A stretch of 64,000 nt of DNA from Ophelia neglecta. Its lineage: Eukaryota. Shown piece after piece: positions 12,261 to 26,900 of the stretch; the first letter of the stretch is position 1; each line of letters begins with the position of its first letter. Location: positions 72,540,001-72,604,000 of the forward strand of contig OZ260664.1 of the NCBI GenBank assembly GCA_965285935.1, read 5' to 3'. A model generated the notes under the pieces. The model searched no databases, was not told the DNA's origin, and was given only the letters and a program-made list of their open reading frames with translations. The translations under genes and the position numbers were made by a program.

Positions 12261-15200
12261 TGGGAGCTTTATGGAGTCAGATGGGGATGGACTGTGATAG
12301 CTATGATGTACCTAATTGCCCCAATGAAGAGGGCGAAAGGATAATATCTAATATTTCAAAACACTCAGGTGTTGTGCCTTCATTGTCTCCCCCGGTCTGT
12401 GGTGATTCTTGTGCCTCTCCAGAGATCTCAGCCTCTAGATCAATGATTTGGCTCTGTTTGCCGGGTATTCACTCCCGTTTTTATCTCCTATTACTGATTT
12501 GGGGTGCTTGCCTAAAAAAGACCGCTTGGATTGATCGGGATCGGCAAAAATTGGACGTTCATTTCTGGATTTCCATTAAAATAGTGGAACGCGTCAGCAG
12601 GGTATGAATTAAGGCTGTCTGTGTTATCAGCGATTAATCAGATAGTTCATCAGATCGTTTACTAGATCTGCCTGATCCATGCCAGTGAGTAGTTTAATGG
12701 TCGTACGATCTGTTTTCTCTCCATTTCTGTTGGGTTCTCAGATGTTTGTCTTTGTCTCAAGTGCCTTGGTTCGGACGTTATGTGTTCGTTTCCATTGAAG
12801 CCGGAGTGTACTTTTGTCGATATTGTTTCCTTCGTGTACAATAAGATACAAGATATAATTGCTCCTTGTAGTATACTAAATCAACGATCTTGGTGGCATA
12901 GCACAAAGGTAACCATGATTCAAATATGGGATATCCTGACTGATCAGATGAAGGCAGGATTTATTTGACCATCCAGGCTTTCCTCATTTCATATTACTGT
13001 TTCCGGCAATTAAGTGGTCATATCATCCAAGTCTATGATCACCCCACAATTGTCCTTTACGTGTTTATCATTCCATTCATTAAAAATGTTACGAGCCATG
13101 ACCGTTTATATGGATAAGGGCATCCACCAATAGATTTATAATTAGATTTATAGTACACTTGAGGCCATCTGTGTACTTTTCTTTTCCCGACCAATCTTTT
13201 GGGTTTAATCTTTGGGCCGTGATTATTCAACTAGGTAGTCTGGGGGACTGTCTGCGACAGACAGGTAGGTAATTTTATTGTTAGAAGGCATCCATTTGGC
13301 CTCTAGATGCGGACTGTCAGCATCATTAATAATCTTCAGCATAGCTTTTTCTCTGCTTAAAAGTTATCGTTTTGAGGAGTGGAATGTTGAATCAGTACTA
13401 GTGCAATTTCAGTCCGGGAACTATACCTTGGCTGTGACTTTTGCAATGCCATATCTTTGCAAGCAATACATTTTTAATAGTGCGAGGATTTTTGCTTCTA
13501 GTTATTTACTTTAGTGAGAAACGGCGATAAAAGTTATAATATAGCCTAGATAATTTGCTTGGATTCAGGCAAAACTAGAAATATTTTTTTGCAGAATGCG
13601 GCTGACGTAGATTGACAGGAATATGAGTTGATCCAAGATTGTGGCACGTGACCCGTTCCACCCCGGATCATGAAACAGAACAAGTTCTAAGAAATAACTA
13701 TAGTGAATGTGAACTTTAAGAGCCGGGGTAACGTCGGAGAGAGTCACAGATAGCTGCTCAAATTTGTACTCATGACAAGAACACCGAAGACAATATTCGA
13801 GTAATATTCTCTACCCCGCCATTTGTTCATACCGGAACTGGAAGTCAATGCAGAAAGCAGAATTGGACGTGGTACAGTCTCGAAGTGTCCATACATCATC
13901 TACACGTACACCTACCCATTTTTCTGTATATAAACTTAAAATTGCTTTAAATATTCATGCACTTTAGGTCATTTTAACCCATGAAACAAACCAAAATCGA
14001 ATATCGGCATACACCACCGTCTTCGCAATTGGTCTCCGCCACATTGAACTCGAGAAATAAGCCTAGCCTAACGCACACGACAACCCTCACCCAGTGAAGA
14101 GCCAGAGCAGCAGCGGAGCGTCGCAGCGCCGAATATACACACCCCTTCTTATTTGAACGTTCAGGAATACTAGGCCTAAACAGTGTTACTCGATTTATAT
14201 CACAATCAAGTAAGTATTTCCTCCGGTTGAATTTGCCTATATATATTTTCCATGAAAGGCATGCAAGCACTTAAGACATTCAACTTAATCATGGCTTCGG
14301 GTGAAGCATGTCAACATTAGAAGGCAAGTGCTAAAAAATACTTATTAGCATAAAGAGCATGTTTACTATTTAACAGATTCAAGTAATAAGATGGTGATAC
14401 TGTCATGGTCCTAATTGTTTCATATTTAATTGCTCAATGTATACATTTATGTCATGCGATCATTAGATTCTTGATATTCTGTAAATTAAGTTTTAATGAA
14501 TGCATGAATGATTTAATTTAAAAGAAATTCAGAGGCTTGCATCTTGTAATGTTGCGATGCAAGAATATTGAAAATAACATATCTCAGAAGCATACTAAAC
14601 ACGTTCGACATTTCTATACAAAAAATAGTGTTATTAGAGAACGAAAAAGTATACTGAATAATACAGAAATGTTGACATATTAACAACAAATAAATTCTCG
14701 CTGATTTAGGAACCACACATTTGACATATAGACCTATTCATTCTTTGGGCGGAAGCGGGTCCGTCTTTGTCCTGCTATCCCTGCCCCTGTCCTAATTTGA
14801 GGGACTTGCCCACTAATGGTTGCCCGAGGGTCACGATTTTAGTAACCAAATTTTTTTTTAGAACAGTCGACATTTCATTGAAATTCAATGCGAAGAACCA
14901 CTGTTCATAGGAAATAATTGTTAATATTTTTTGAATTATTCATTCACCCATGATAGGGGTTACCTCATGTGGTCGTGGATCAAAAATGGTTTAATTCTCA
15001 TCATTATTTATATATGAGACTCGGTAGTTTTTTCCCCAAGAAAACTTGCGGAAGAACAAGTTGCATGTTCATACAAAGGTGCGTCATATAATATAAGCCA
15101 AGTCCTAAATATATTAGAAAATGTGAGGTCTTCTCTAGATTTTTTCTATAAGTGATTGAATGGACAGGATCTCCTGAAGCTCCCTTGTCCCACTATATTA

Positions 15201-16009
15201 AGATCCACAAGGTCCCGGGTTACGAGGTTGCACGAACTACAGTCTTATGATCAGTGGTGGTCAACTACGGTGACCAAGCTTTCAGCGAAGGGAGAAGGCC
15301 TGCAGCCTTTTGCCGGTAACAATGAGCTTTTTCTGAATTTAAACTTTTTCGGGGCAAAACTGAGTGGAAATACGCACTTAACTCAAGCGGTTAATTGGAA
15401 AAAAAAACTAAAGTCATGCCTTTGCATGACTTCGGTATGGCCTGGAGAGTTGTGTTATCATTTTCTATTTAGCCACCATCAAACAGCTTCCGCCGAATAC
15501 ACACAGCCAGCACAGAGGCCATTGCTATCGGCTATTCCAAACATCATAATTAACAGTTTCATCAGAGCAATGCGAGATCTAGAGGGAAAATGCCCACTTC
15601 ATGCACTGAAAAAAATGTCCCTATTCTAACTACATGCTACTAAGTGCTCTAGATACAGAACTAACCGCTGAGATAATTCTTCTAGAATTGGGACCGCCTT
15701 CTTATGAGATAAATGGCTGTTAAGGTTACGGTCAATGTGTTGGCGGTGCTATGTTGCTCCCCTGGTTAGATAAAACCTTTAAAATAAGCAAAATGCATAA
15801 GTGGCTTTTTAACAGAAGACAGTCTTAAAAGCCTGCACTTTATTACAATTTCCAACATATCATTTCATGTGGTAAAGTGCTAGAGCCAGAGTGATAGTGG
15901 TGTCAGTCAAAGCGCACACTATGGTATGGAATCGTGATTAAACTAGTAAGAAAATGTCACTTTGGAACAACGTGCTCGACCTTTTTCCACCAAAAGATGG
16001 AAGAATTAA

Positions 16010-18570
16010 CCCAGTATCAGTCACCCCACGGGCAATCAGCTGCTTCTGTACCAGTCCGTCCTGCGGGCAATCAGCTGCTTCTGTACCAGTCCGTCCTGCG
16101 GGCAATCAGCTGCTTCTGTACAAGTCACCCCACGGGCAATCAGCTGGTTCTGTACCAGTCACCCCACGGGCAATCAGCTGGTTCAGTGCCAGTCAACCCA
16201 AGGGTAATTTAGCTGGTTCTGTACCTTTCACCCCACGGGCAATCAGTTGGTTCTGTACCTGTCACCCCACAGACAATCATCTGGTTCAGTACCAGTCACC
16301 CCACAGACAATCAGCTGGTTCTGTACCAGTCATCCCACAGACAATCAGCTGGTTCTGTACCTGTCAACGCACAGACAATCAGCTGGTTCTGTACATGTCA
16401 CCCCACAGACATTCAGTTGATTCTGTAACTCTCACACCGCGGGCAATCAGCTGGTTCTGTACCTGTCAATGCACAGACAATCAGCTGGTTCTGTACCAGT
16501 CACCACACAGACAATCAGCTGGTTCTGTACTCTGTACCAGTCACCCCACAGACATTCAGTTGATTCTGTAACTCTCACCCCGCGGGCAATCAGCTGGTTC
16601 TGTACCTGTCAATGCACAGACAATCAGCTGGTTCTGTACCTGTCAACGCACAGACAATCAGCTGGTTCTGTACGAGTCACCACACAGACAATCAGCTGGT
16701 TCTGTACCAGTCACCCCGCGGGCAATCAGCTGGTTCTGTACCAGTCATCCCACAGACAATCAGCTGGTTCTGTACCAGTCACCCCACAGACAATCAGCTG
16801 ATTCTGTAACTGTCACCCCGCGGGCAATCAGCTGGATCTGTACCTGTCACCCCACAGACAATCAGCTGGTTCTGTACCAGTCATCCCACAGACAATCAGC
16901 TGATTCTGTACCTGTCACCCCCCAGACAATCAGCTGATTCTGTACCTGTAACCCCGCGGGCAATCAGCTGGTTCTGTTCCAGTCACCCCGCGGGCAATCA
17001 GCTGGTTCAGTGCCAGTCATCCCTAGGGCAATCAGCTGCTTCTGTACCTGTCAATGCACAGACAATCAGCTGGTTCTGTACCAGTCAACGCACAGACACT
17101 CAGCTGGTTCTGTACCAGTCATCCCACAGACAATCAGCTGGTTCTGTACCAGTCACCCCACAGACAAACAGCTGGTTCTGTACCAGTCATCCCACAGACA
17201 ATCAGCTAGTTCTGTACCTGTTATCGCACAGACAATCAGCTGTTTCTGTACCAGTCACCCCACAGACAATCAGCTGGTTCTGTACCAGTCATCCCATAGA
17301 CAATCAGCTGGTTCTGTACCTGTCAACGCACAGACAATTAGCTGGTTCTGTACTAGTCATCCCACAGACAATCAGCTGGATCTGTAACAGTCACCCCTCA
17401 GACAATCAGCTGGTTCTGTACCAGTCATCCCACAGACAATCAGCTGGGTCTGTACCAGTCACCCCACAGACAATCTGCTGGTTCTGTACCAGACATCCCA
17501 CTGACAATCTGCTGGTTCTGTAACAGTCACCCCACAGACAATCAGCTGGTTCTGTACCAGTCACCCCGCGGGCAATCAGCCGATTCAGTACCAGTCATCC
17601 CACAGACAATCAGCTTGTTTTGTACCTGTCACCCCACAGACAATCAGCCGATTCAGTACCAGTCATCCCACAGACAATCAGCTGGTTCTGTACCAGTCAC
17701 CACACAGACAATCAGCTGGTTCTGTACCTGTCACCCTGCAGACAATCAGCTGGTTCTGTACCAGTCATCCCACAGACAATCAGCTGATTCTGTACCAGTC
17801 ACCACACAGACAATCAGCTGGTTCTGTACCAGTCACCCCGCGGGCAATCAGCTAATTCTGTCCCTGTCACCCCACAGACAATCAGCTAGTACTGTACCAG
17901 TCACCCCACGGACAATTAGCTGGTTCTGTACCTGTCACCCCCCAGACAATCAGTTGGTTCTGTACCAGTCATCCCACAGACAATCAGCTGATTCTGTACC
18001 TGTCACCCCCAGACAATCAGCTGATTCTGTACCTGTCATCCCACAGACAATCAGCTGATTCTGCACCTGTCACCCCGCGGGCAATTAGCTGATTCTGTAC
18101 CTGTCACCCCGCGGGCAATCAGCTGGTTCAGTGCCAGTCATCCCGCGGGCAATCAGCTAGTTCAGTTCCAGTCATCCCGTGGGCAATCAGCTGGTTCAGT
18201 GCCAGTCATCCCGTGAGCAAACATAAGCTGGTTCTGTACATGTCACCCCACAGACAACCAGCTGTTTCTGTACCTGTCACCCCAAAGACAATCAGCCGAT
18301 TCTGTACCGTTCACCCAACAGACAATCAGCTGGCCCTGTACAAAAACCATTCAGACAAACAGCTGGTTCTGTACCTGTCATCCCATGGTTGTTGTTGTTG
18401 TTTGGGGTTTTACGTGGCTTTCAACACTCATCGGTCATATCGCCACGGTGCCTACTTGTGACAGTGGGCTCAATGCCCTCTTTAGAGTGCTGCCTCACTG
18501 GAGTACCTGTCATCCCATGGACAATCAGCTGATTCTGTTCCTGTCACCCCTCGATGCAATCAGCTGGTTT
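16010..18570. repeat. 34-bp tandem satellite/minisatellite (~70 copies)
   Basis: Unit ctgtaccagtcaccccacagacaatcagctggtt with variants (cgcgggcaat, catccc, tgattc); no unique spacers; interrupted at 18388-18503. Confidence 0.97.
18388..18503 (-). mobile_element. Probable truncated retroposon (SINE-like) 3' end inserted in the satellite
   Basis: ~115 bp of non-satellite sequence starting with (gtt)4, i.e. an (AAC)n tail on the minus strand, flanked on both sides by satellite units (gtacctgtcatcccatgg on each side). Confidence 0.5.
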
Positions 18571-20936
18571 ATGTGGTGTCAATGTGATGGTTCAGTCCTT
18601 TTCTTAAGTATTTATTCACCTTGTAATTAAACTATGTTTAGCTGTGTCCGAACATTTTGTGTAGCCCCCCGTCCCCCAATTACTATCTATCTAGCCCAGG
18701 TGTATGAAATATGATATTGCAATGTTTAGTCAGCTTTCAATAGACAGACAGACTCCCACCTAATTATTCGATTTTTTAAACCATAGGTTATGGACCTTAA
18801 TGTAGATATGTTTCTACCTAGAGGTACTGTATCGAGAGCATGAGGGATAAAACACAAACATCACATGATACCTTTTATAAGATATCATTTTACCACTTCA
18901 GGGCAATTTGGCAGATCTTCATGGAGAGAAGCACATTGTGGGCAATATTTCACAACAGTAAAAAAGGAAATGGCCATAAATAAATTAGCTACAGCCATTA
19001 CATAGTCATTATAGTTTATATAACTGTCATGTATTACGTCTAATGCAGAATATAATTGAGCAGCCAGCTAGATGTACGTTAACTGATTTAGTTAACTAAT
19101 ATATTGGCTTTATTTGGTAACTTAGGCAGGCTTTCATAAACAAATAACAACCAAGATATGACCACAAATAACATACATGTAGTAATGTTTTATTCTGTAC
19201 AAATTTCTATTATAATAATTTAAACAATAAATGAACTTTATTATGAAGCCCATCATTGAAAGATGAAGTGGATTTCATCAAATTATTTCATTCTTAAAAT
19301 AAAGTAATTGATATATACAAGCCTTTATTACAGACTGAGTGTAAAATTTCATTTTCAAACATAATTATATTTCAGCCTCCTACCGTATAGCTTGGATGAA
19401 TTTGCTATGTTAATAAGCCAAGCTGGAAAGCTTGTTCAGCTCTGATAGTCTTGTTAATCTTACCAAATTAATGAAAGCTGAATCACACTACCATGACTGG
19501 CAGACAGCTGGCTAGCCAGCTATAAGATCATTATAACCTGACGAAAACTATGATGAAAGGGGTCACTCATATATGACCAGCAGTTAGCTGTCCAGACAGG
19601 CATAAAGTCTTTATAACCAGACGAAAACTACGCCGAAAACCTAATTTTGTATTTGTACATAAAGCTTTACATTGTGTAAAATATTTATATTTTTGCCTGG
19701 TAGACCTATTTGTTAAGTTTATTATATTGAAATAGAGCAGAAAGAATCATTAGTAGAAGCTTTAATAAAAAAATAAAAACTGTAAAATGTACATAATTGA
19801 ATATAAATACTACTGTTCAGGTGAAGCGTAATATCGTTGCACCAGGTTTAATGGTGGAATGTTGCTACTAAAATAACAAAATAAAAAGGCAAAGGATAAA
19901 TGACAGTAAAAGGAAAAACTGTTTCTATCATTTGGTAGGTTAATTAACTACTCGTGTTATAAACAGACTAAACTAGTTAGCAATGTACAGGACTGTCCCT
20001 AACTAACGGTACTACTTATTACTCTTCTGTTTGTAAATCCTATCTACCACATGGAGATTCACCCACAGGGAAAACTAGACATACATTGCCTATTCCAATC
20101 AAATCTAGGCAACAATAATATGTATCCATAAACATTAAATATTATGCATGATTACCCCAGTGTTCTTAAACAGTACTCAAGAAACAATTCATTAAATGAA
20201 TGTCTAAAAATAAGTCTAATTTCACTTGCTGGCAGTTATGAATTGTATAAAATAGCATATTAAAAAATTTCCAACCAATTGTGACTTGCATAAAATTATG
20301 AACATCATCACCATTTTAACAAGTCATTTAAACAACTGGCTCCAATACTGATGTCCTGGTAATGCAAGGCAACATACTACGAATGGGTTTTTAAATTATT
20401 ACCATAATTGTAAGTAAACCGAGCTATCCTATCTGAGGAGATTGTGTCCATAAAATTCTCATCAATTTGTGAAACAGTTGGGATAGTGTACATGCTTAAA
20501 TTTTGCTGTTTTCAACAAGATAACCCCTTGACCACATACTATAATAATTTGTTGTAAAAATCTGTAGAATTCCACTACATGTACTTGCCTTTATAACAGA
20601 TATCAGGATGGTAAAATCTGGTTTTTATGGCATCTGACCGCCTGTGCTGGGGAGTACATGTACTTTTATGTACAATTGGCATGTATTTTGGTCATGGTAC
20701 TTGTTTTATATGGCATATGGGTGTGGGGAAATCTCAGTTGCAGATCAAGTATGGCCACAAAGCATCTAGCTGCCAAGATTTTGCAATCCCAAGCCTCTTT
20801 TAGCTAGCACTTGACTACCCTGGAAGATGGCTGTGATCAAATAAGGCAGCAGAGTAAAAAATTGTCTGGTATCTAAGGCTTTGGTTGCAAGAGTATCTGG
20901 AGGCCATGGCTTTGGTGGCCATGGCATTTAGGTACT

Positions 20937-23900
20937 TTAGACTTCACTTTCCAGCTCCATGTCACTAAGATCCTGCAGTGGGGAGGTGGAGAACTTAGTC
21001 TTCTTGATAGATACTGAGTGGGGCTCAGGCATCTGAAAATAGTAAGAGTGTCTGACTCATAAATATACAAGTTGTACCTCATAGACATTACGCTGGTCTA
21101 CATTAATTTCAAAAGTTTTCAAAATGTCCATCGATCTATGCAGTGCGTACTCATAAGTTTTTATTTGTACATAGAGATTTACATTTGTGGTGGTAGATGC
21201 ATTTTTCAATGGAAATATTATTTTATAAAAGGGGCTTTAAAATCAACCATGAATAAATATTGGGGTGCTACATGAGAGTGGCCCTGTTTTCGCCGAGGTT
21301 ATGCTAAACCCAACCCTCACTATTACCCACACCTAATCAGTGGGCCACTCACAGTAATACATAGATATAGATATCATCATAAACCCTACACAATGACTGA
21401 ACAGGTCACCTGACATAGTTTTTGGTTTTAACATTACCAGGTATTACTTACCTCAGTATTGAGCACGAGGGTAGCTTCGGGTGGAGGTGATGAACCAGTC
21501 TCAATGGAGCTGGAAAAAACAAATACATTTACATTTTAAACCTCGAAAACTGTTTAGTTTAAGTTATCAGATGATAATTAATTGAAACATATTTTGTGTC
21601 ATAAGACTCTTGGATAATAATGACAAATTGGGGAGGGGGGTGTGCATGGGTGCATGTTATCACAGTTCAAATAAAGGGAAATAAAAGTGGGTTATTCACA
21701 ATTCACATGAAATAAATATGCATAAAGTATATGATCACACAAAGTGGAAAGAAAAAACTTCCTTTCACATTTCACAAACAATCATTCTTCTATAATTCAT
21801 GGTGAATGAAATAAAATTTCACGTCTGACAAGTGTTATTTTGTGGCAAAAATAAGTCACTAAAATACCCACCCCCCGTTCCATATTTAAATGAATCAATG
21901 ACAATAAGTAGTTTCAGTTTAATGCCTACCTGTTCAATCTACTTCCATACCCTGGCAAGTCTTCTGTGGAGAGAGTAATTGAAGATGGAACTAAAGGGGA
22001 TCTGATAAATGGCCGAGGTGTGTCAAAGTCAGTTTTCAATGGCCGGGACACAAACTTTCCATCATGCCCTACGGCAGGCACAGGACTTATAACTCGTATA
22101 CTAGATGGTGGTGGACTTGTAGCCCTCCATGTCTCCTCGTCAATGCCACTACTACTTTTGTCACTGGGTGTACTGTACTTTGGCACAAATTTGGTAGGCG
22201 TAAAGAAACGTAGATGGCTGCTATCCAGGTCAGTAGTACTGGAGCTAGCAGAGCTGACAGGAGAGGTCAGGTAGCTAGGCCTAGTGGTGGCAACACTACT
22301 ACCCGAGTCATATGTAGGTAGAGGGTCCACACTACTGACTGGTCCAAAATCATCAGAAATGTTCACCGGTTTAACTAAATTGATGTTATTTCTAGGTGGC
22401 TTAGCTGGAATTTGTTTTGATCTTCTCTCAGGATTCAAATTTGAAGGATTTCCTTTAGTTTGGGTTATTAAGTTTGATGTGTGTTGTTCCTGGGTAAGTG
22501 TGTTTCTAGCGGTTGGTGAGAGAGGTGGAGAGGACGCAGGAAGACTTGCATTACCAGAGTCCCTTGTCTCGGGTTTGGGTGAGGTGTATTCGTTGCGATG
22601 TCGGCGGGGAGACTTGGCCCTCTTCACCGGGCTAATCCCCCTGGGGGGAGTGACTGGGCGAGGTAACAGAGCCATTCGTGGAGGAAGGTTCAGAGGCTTG
22701 CTGCACAACTCTGGCTCAGTTTCCACATCCCCTGAATGTATGGATAAATTTCTATCTTGTGCCACTACAAAGTTACGGGAGCGTGCACTTTCATCCTCAT
22801 TGACAAAAAAATCATTGAGCACTGGTAAAATGGCCATTGTTCCCATTTCAGTATTGTTTGTCTTAATCACAACTGCATCATTTTCAACATTCTCTGGAAT
22901 ATCAATGTTATCTATCTCAGCATTGTCCCTAGCACTGTCCGTAAACGCTGGGCTGAGTAGAATCTCATTGATCTCATTCTCTCCAAAAGACATGTCCGAG
23001 CTTTGTAAATTACTTTTAAAATCTTCCAGTTGGTCAGACAAAGGTCTTGGTGGAGGGAGGTTTCCAGCAGAAGTTGCCCTCTTTGGGGGTGCTTTTGGCC
23101 TCAGTGGGGGGATTTTAATATCTGTTTTTTCAGGGATAGTTCTAAGGTCAGAAGCGTTTACATTGTCATAGTTGGGCTGAGTTGATTTCTTAGCCCTGGC
23201 CTCCACCATGGTTTGAATGACGGCAGCATTGGGGTCAGACTTTGAACGTCTGGTTCTCAACCGCCCGGGGTCTGGCTTGGGTGGCAGTGGTGGAGGAGTC
23301 CTCTTGTCAAAACCGTCATCACCAGACTTCACATCCAAACTGGGATTTTTGTCAAGCTTCATCGCCAGTTTGTAATCTGGGCTGTTCTCTCCCTCAGTGT
23401 AAGTCCTAGCTGGAGGGGGTGTCTTACTTCCCTTATACAATGATATGATTGAGGCTGGAGGCTCTGGTCTGCTGGGAGCACTCTTTGCAGCTTTTGTTGA
23501 ATCTTTCATATGAGCTGAGCTGCCTTGAGCCAGATTAAAGTTTGTCTCATTATCGTTGTCTTCAAGCACCACAGTGTCACCATGTGCACCAAATGACTTT
23601 CTTTCCACTTTATTCTCGAGTCCATCCTCTGTTTGTATCTGATCCTTATGGCTTGAAAAGTTATTTGAAGTTTCATTAGTAGGAACCCCTACAGTAAAGT
23701 CATAAGGTCTTGTCTGCAGTGAAACACCAGGCCCACTACTTACAGAGTGCACATTATCTGGTATTTTTAGTGCATCTGAATTCAAATGTGATTTGTTTTC
23801 TGAATAAAGTGAGGCCATAATCTCCTCCTCCAGAGAACCACCCATGATTTTACTGTCTTCAATTGGAACTAATGCAAAGTCTGTTTGTCCATCTGAGTTC

Positions 23901-26900
23901 TCCCAGCTGGGAACCACTTTGGAGTAGGTGTCACTGAGACTGCGATTGTATATTGGGGCCTTGTGGGGCTCTCCAACCTGGCCCTCGCTCATCCTGCGGG
24001 CTGGAGGGCCCGTGGGGGGACGAGGGGGTGGCACCCGAGGCCTCTCCACACTTTGTCTCTTCTTCTTGATAAGTGTCACTGACCCAACTGTCCCAGCAGT
24101 GACCACTGACTGTCCATTATCACTACCCCCTGAGACAGGTCGCTTTATATCAGTGGATCCTTGCACTATAGGAGCTACCTGATCAGAGTCTGGAGATTTA
24201 GGCTGCACCACACTCAGAACACCTGGTGGTAGAGGAGCACTATGTTTTTTTCCTGGGGATTTTGGAGATGCCCCATGTTTTAGTTTTTCACCAGGTGATT
24301 TTTGTGGCACTGGTGGGGCAGGTCTGGTTGGCCGTTTAACCTTCTTTGACAGCCGGGAGAGTTTTGTTTGCTGTATTTTCACCAGTTTTGGCACCACATA
24401 TCTACGAGGAACCTGGGGCTTTGGTCCTCCTGGTTGTAGACCACTCCCTGGGCTGACAGGGGAGTTTAGATCTGTGCTATCAGTAGTATCCTGAGCTTCC
24501 TGTGACCTCGCACCATCACACGACACATGAATTGGTGACACACTTATAGCAGCAGCAGGATGGGCTGAAAGTCAAAACAATTCAGTAATGTTCAATAAAA
24601 AGTTGTTCTTACAAAAATTGCAAGTGTATCTGTCCTTCTTCTGAATAATTGTTGCACTTAATGGCAAGTATAATTTATTCATGTGTGGCAGTCTCATGCT
24701 AGAGAACATTTTTTAAATTTTACGTTGGATTTGATATAATAAAGCAGACTTAGATAAGTTTATGGTATTAGTAACTTACCTGAGTGAACAGGAGAACTGA
24801 CAGCCAGTGGTTCCTGTAAGGAGCTGAAGCCACTGTCCTGAGAGGTGGGGGTGGCCGGTGTCTGGGGTATCACCTTCAACACCAAATTACACAAACTTGA
24901 TTAAAAATTAACATTATTTTGATATGTTTTTTAATAATCCACATTTCAAATGTGTCAATGGACTATCAAAAAATGAAAACCATATCTTCCCATCTGTCTT
25001 TTACATCCATCTTCTACAAAAACATGTATAATTTATGAAATACAACTGCCACTTTTATCTCAGTAAAACATTTTGTACCTCGACATATGTTCCTGGAAAC
25101 CAGCCCTCCTTTCCTCTACTACAACCACGCCACCAGCCATTTTCTAACATTTCCAGGACAACCACAAGGTCGTCTGGGCTCAAGGTCAGGTCACCCTCTT
25201 GCTGGCCAGTGTACGGGTACAACACCTGGTACTCTGAAACAATCAGGCTCTGTTTGTACCAATCTAAATATACCAATCACAGTCATTCCTATGATTACTT
25301 ACACGAACAATTTACAGTAATCGGATAGTAGACTGAAGAAAATCTATGTACATGCATGCACACATATAAACATGTATCCCGTGCATGCACACGTACACAT
25401 AGAACACAAATTATTTTGGTGGACCAACCAGGATCCACTTTTTATTATGCATTTTATGATTTAACAGTACTTGAAGCTTACTGGATGACCAATGACAGTC
25501 TGTCCAATATGTAGTCTAAAAGGTCAAAGCTCGCACCCTAAAGGCGGTTATATTATGTGGTGGATGTAGTCCTAAGGAACCTTAGGGCTACCCTGACACA
25601 TGAATGAACCAGCCGACCCCAGGGAATGTGCTCATAAAGCCTCAATACCATATTGTTAATGCTTCAATAAACGCTTTCCTATCCTCAATGACCAAAGAAC
25701 ACCTTTCAGTCAATACAAACATTCCTCTATTCAACACATATCTCCCATTTGATGCATCAAACTTGTTTTGGGGAAATGAGAATCCACTAGAGTGACAAGG
25801 TATTCAGACACATGCATCAGTTCACTTTATAATGTGTTAACAAGTTGAATATTTGTTATAATATAATGGGACAATATACATTGAATATTGCTTTGCAGAC
25901 CATTTTCATTAAACAGTTAACATGATATGAATTTTCATTATAGGTGGAATGTATTGGGCTTTCTGTAGATATATGTATATATATATATTAACCAGGGCCA
26001 GTCAGAGAGACCACCTTCTTAGGAATGTTGTAGCATTTTTTCCATTTCAATAGATGCCTTACATTCTTCAGCTTATCAGTTGTAATATAAAAGTGGACAT
26101 TCTCTCATTGACTTTGTCAGTTAGCGGTCATTACCCATGCCAGTGAGGTCCTCGTCAAATTCACCCTCCTGGGATACCTCATCTTGTGAGAACACAGACT
26201 TCCTGTGAGGCACCGGTGACTTCTAAAATAGATAAGCATAGACTGAGATCATAAATATATTTGATCCTTATGTTATATATAGATTAATTTAACTATAGAG
26301 ATTTTCTTACCCCCCCCCCCCCAAGGGTGTCCCACACAGAAAGGTTTTTAAAAAACAATATTGATAACAGTCACAAAAAGGAAAACACAAATTCTTCTTA
26401 TCCAGGTACATGATTGTAAAGCCTTGAAATATTTGCTTTGATATACATTCACTTACCCCTTCCCTGACATACCGTAGTCCACACTTACCACTTGCCTGAC
26501 ATAGTCCACACTTTTACTTATCCCTTTCCTAAATAGGTCAACACTTACTCCTTCCACACATACCCTTTCCCTGACTTACTTAACACTTACCCCTTCCCTA
26601 TCATAGTCCATACTTACCCCTCCCTGACTTAATTCACACTTACCCCTTCCCTATCGAAGTCCACACTTACCCTTCATGAATAAACATTCAAACACACTTA
26701 CCCTTCCCTGACTTAGTTCACACTTACCCCTTCCCTATTGAAGTCCACACTTACCCTTCATGAATAAACATTCAAACACACTTACCCTTCCCTGACTTAG
26801 TTCACACTTACCCCTTCCCTATCGTTGTCCACACTTACCCTTCATGAATAAACATTCAAACACACTTACCCTTCCCTGACTTTGTTCACACTTACCCCTT

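Noticed and set aside
15156-15629. 157-aa plus-strand ORF
   Set aside because: Non-ATG start, no recognisable motif or splice context.
15934-18461. Multiple repetitive ORFs (QSAGSVP / TISWFCT / NQLVLYQ)
   Set aside because: Translations of a 34-bp satellite cycling through three frames; no splice or domain support.
21966-24182. Plus-strand ORFs of 102, 295 and 84 aa
   Set aside because: Antisense shadows of the large proline-rich exon.
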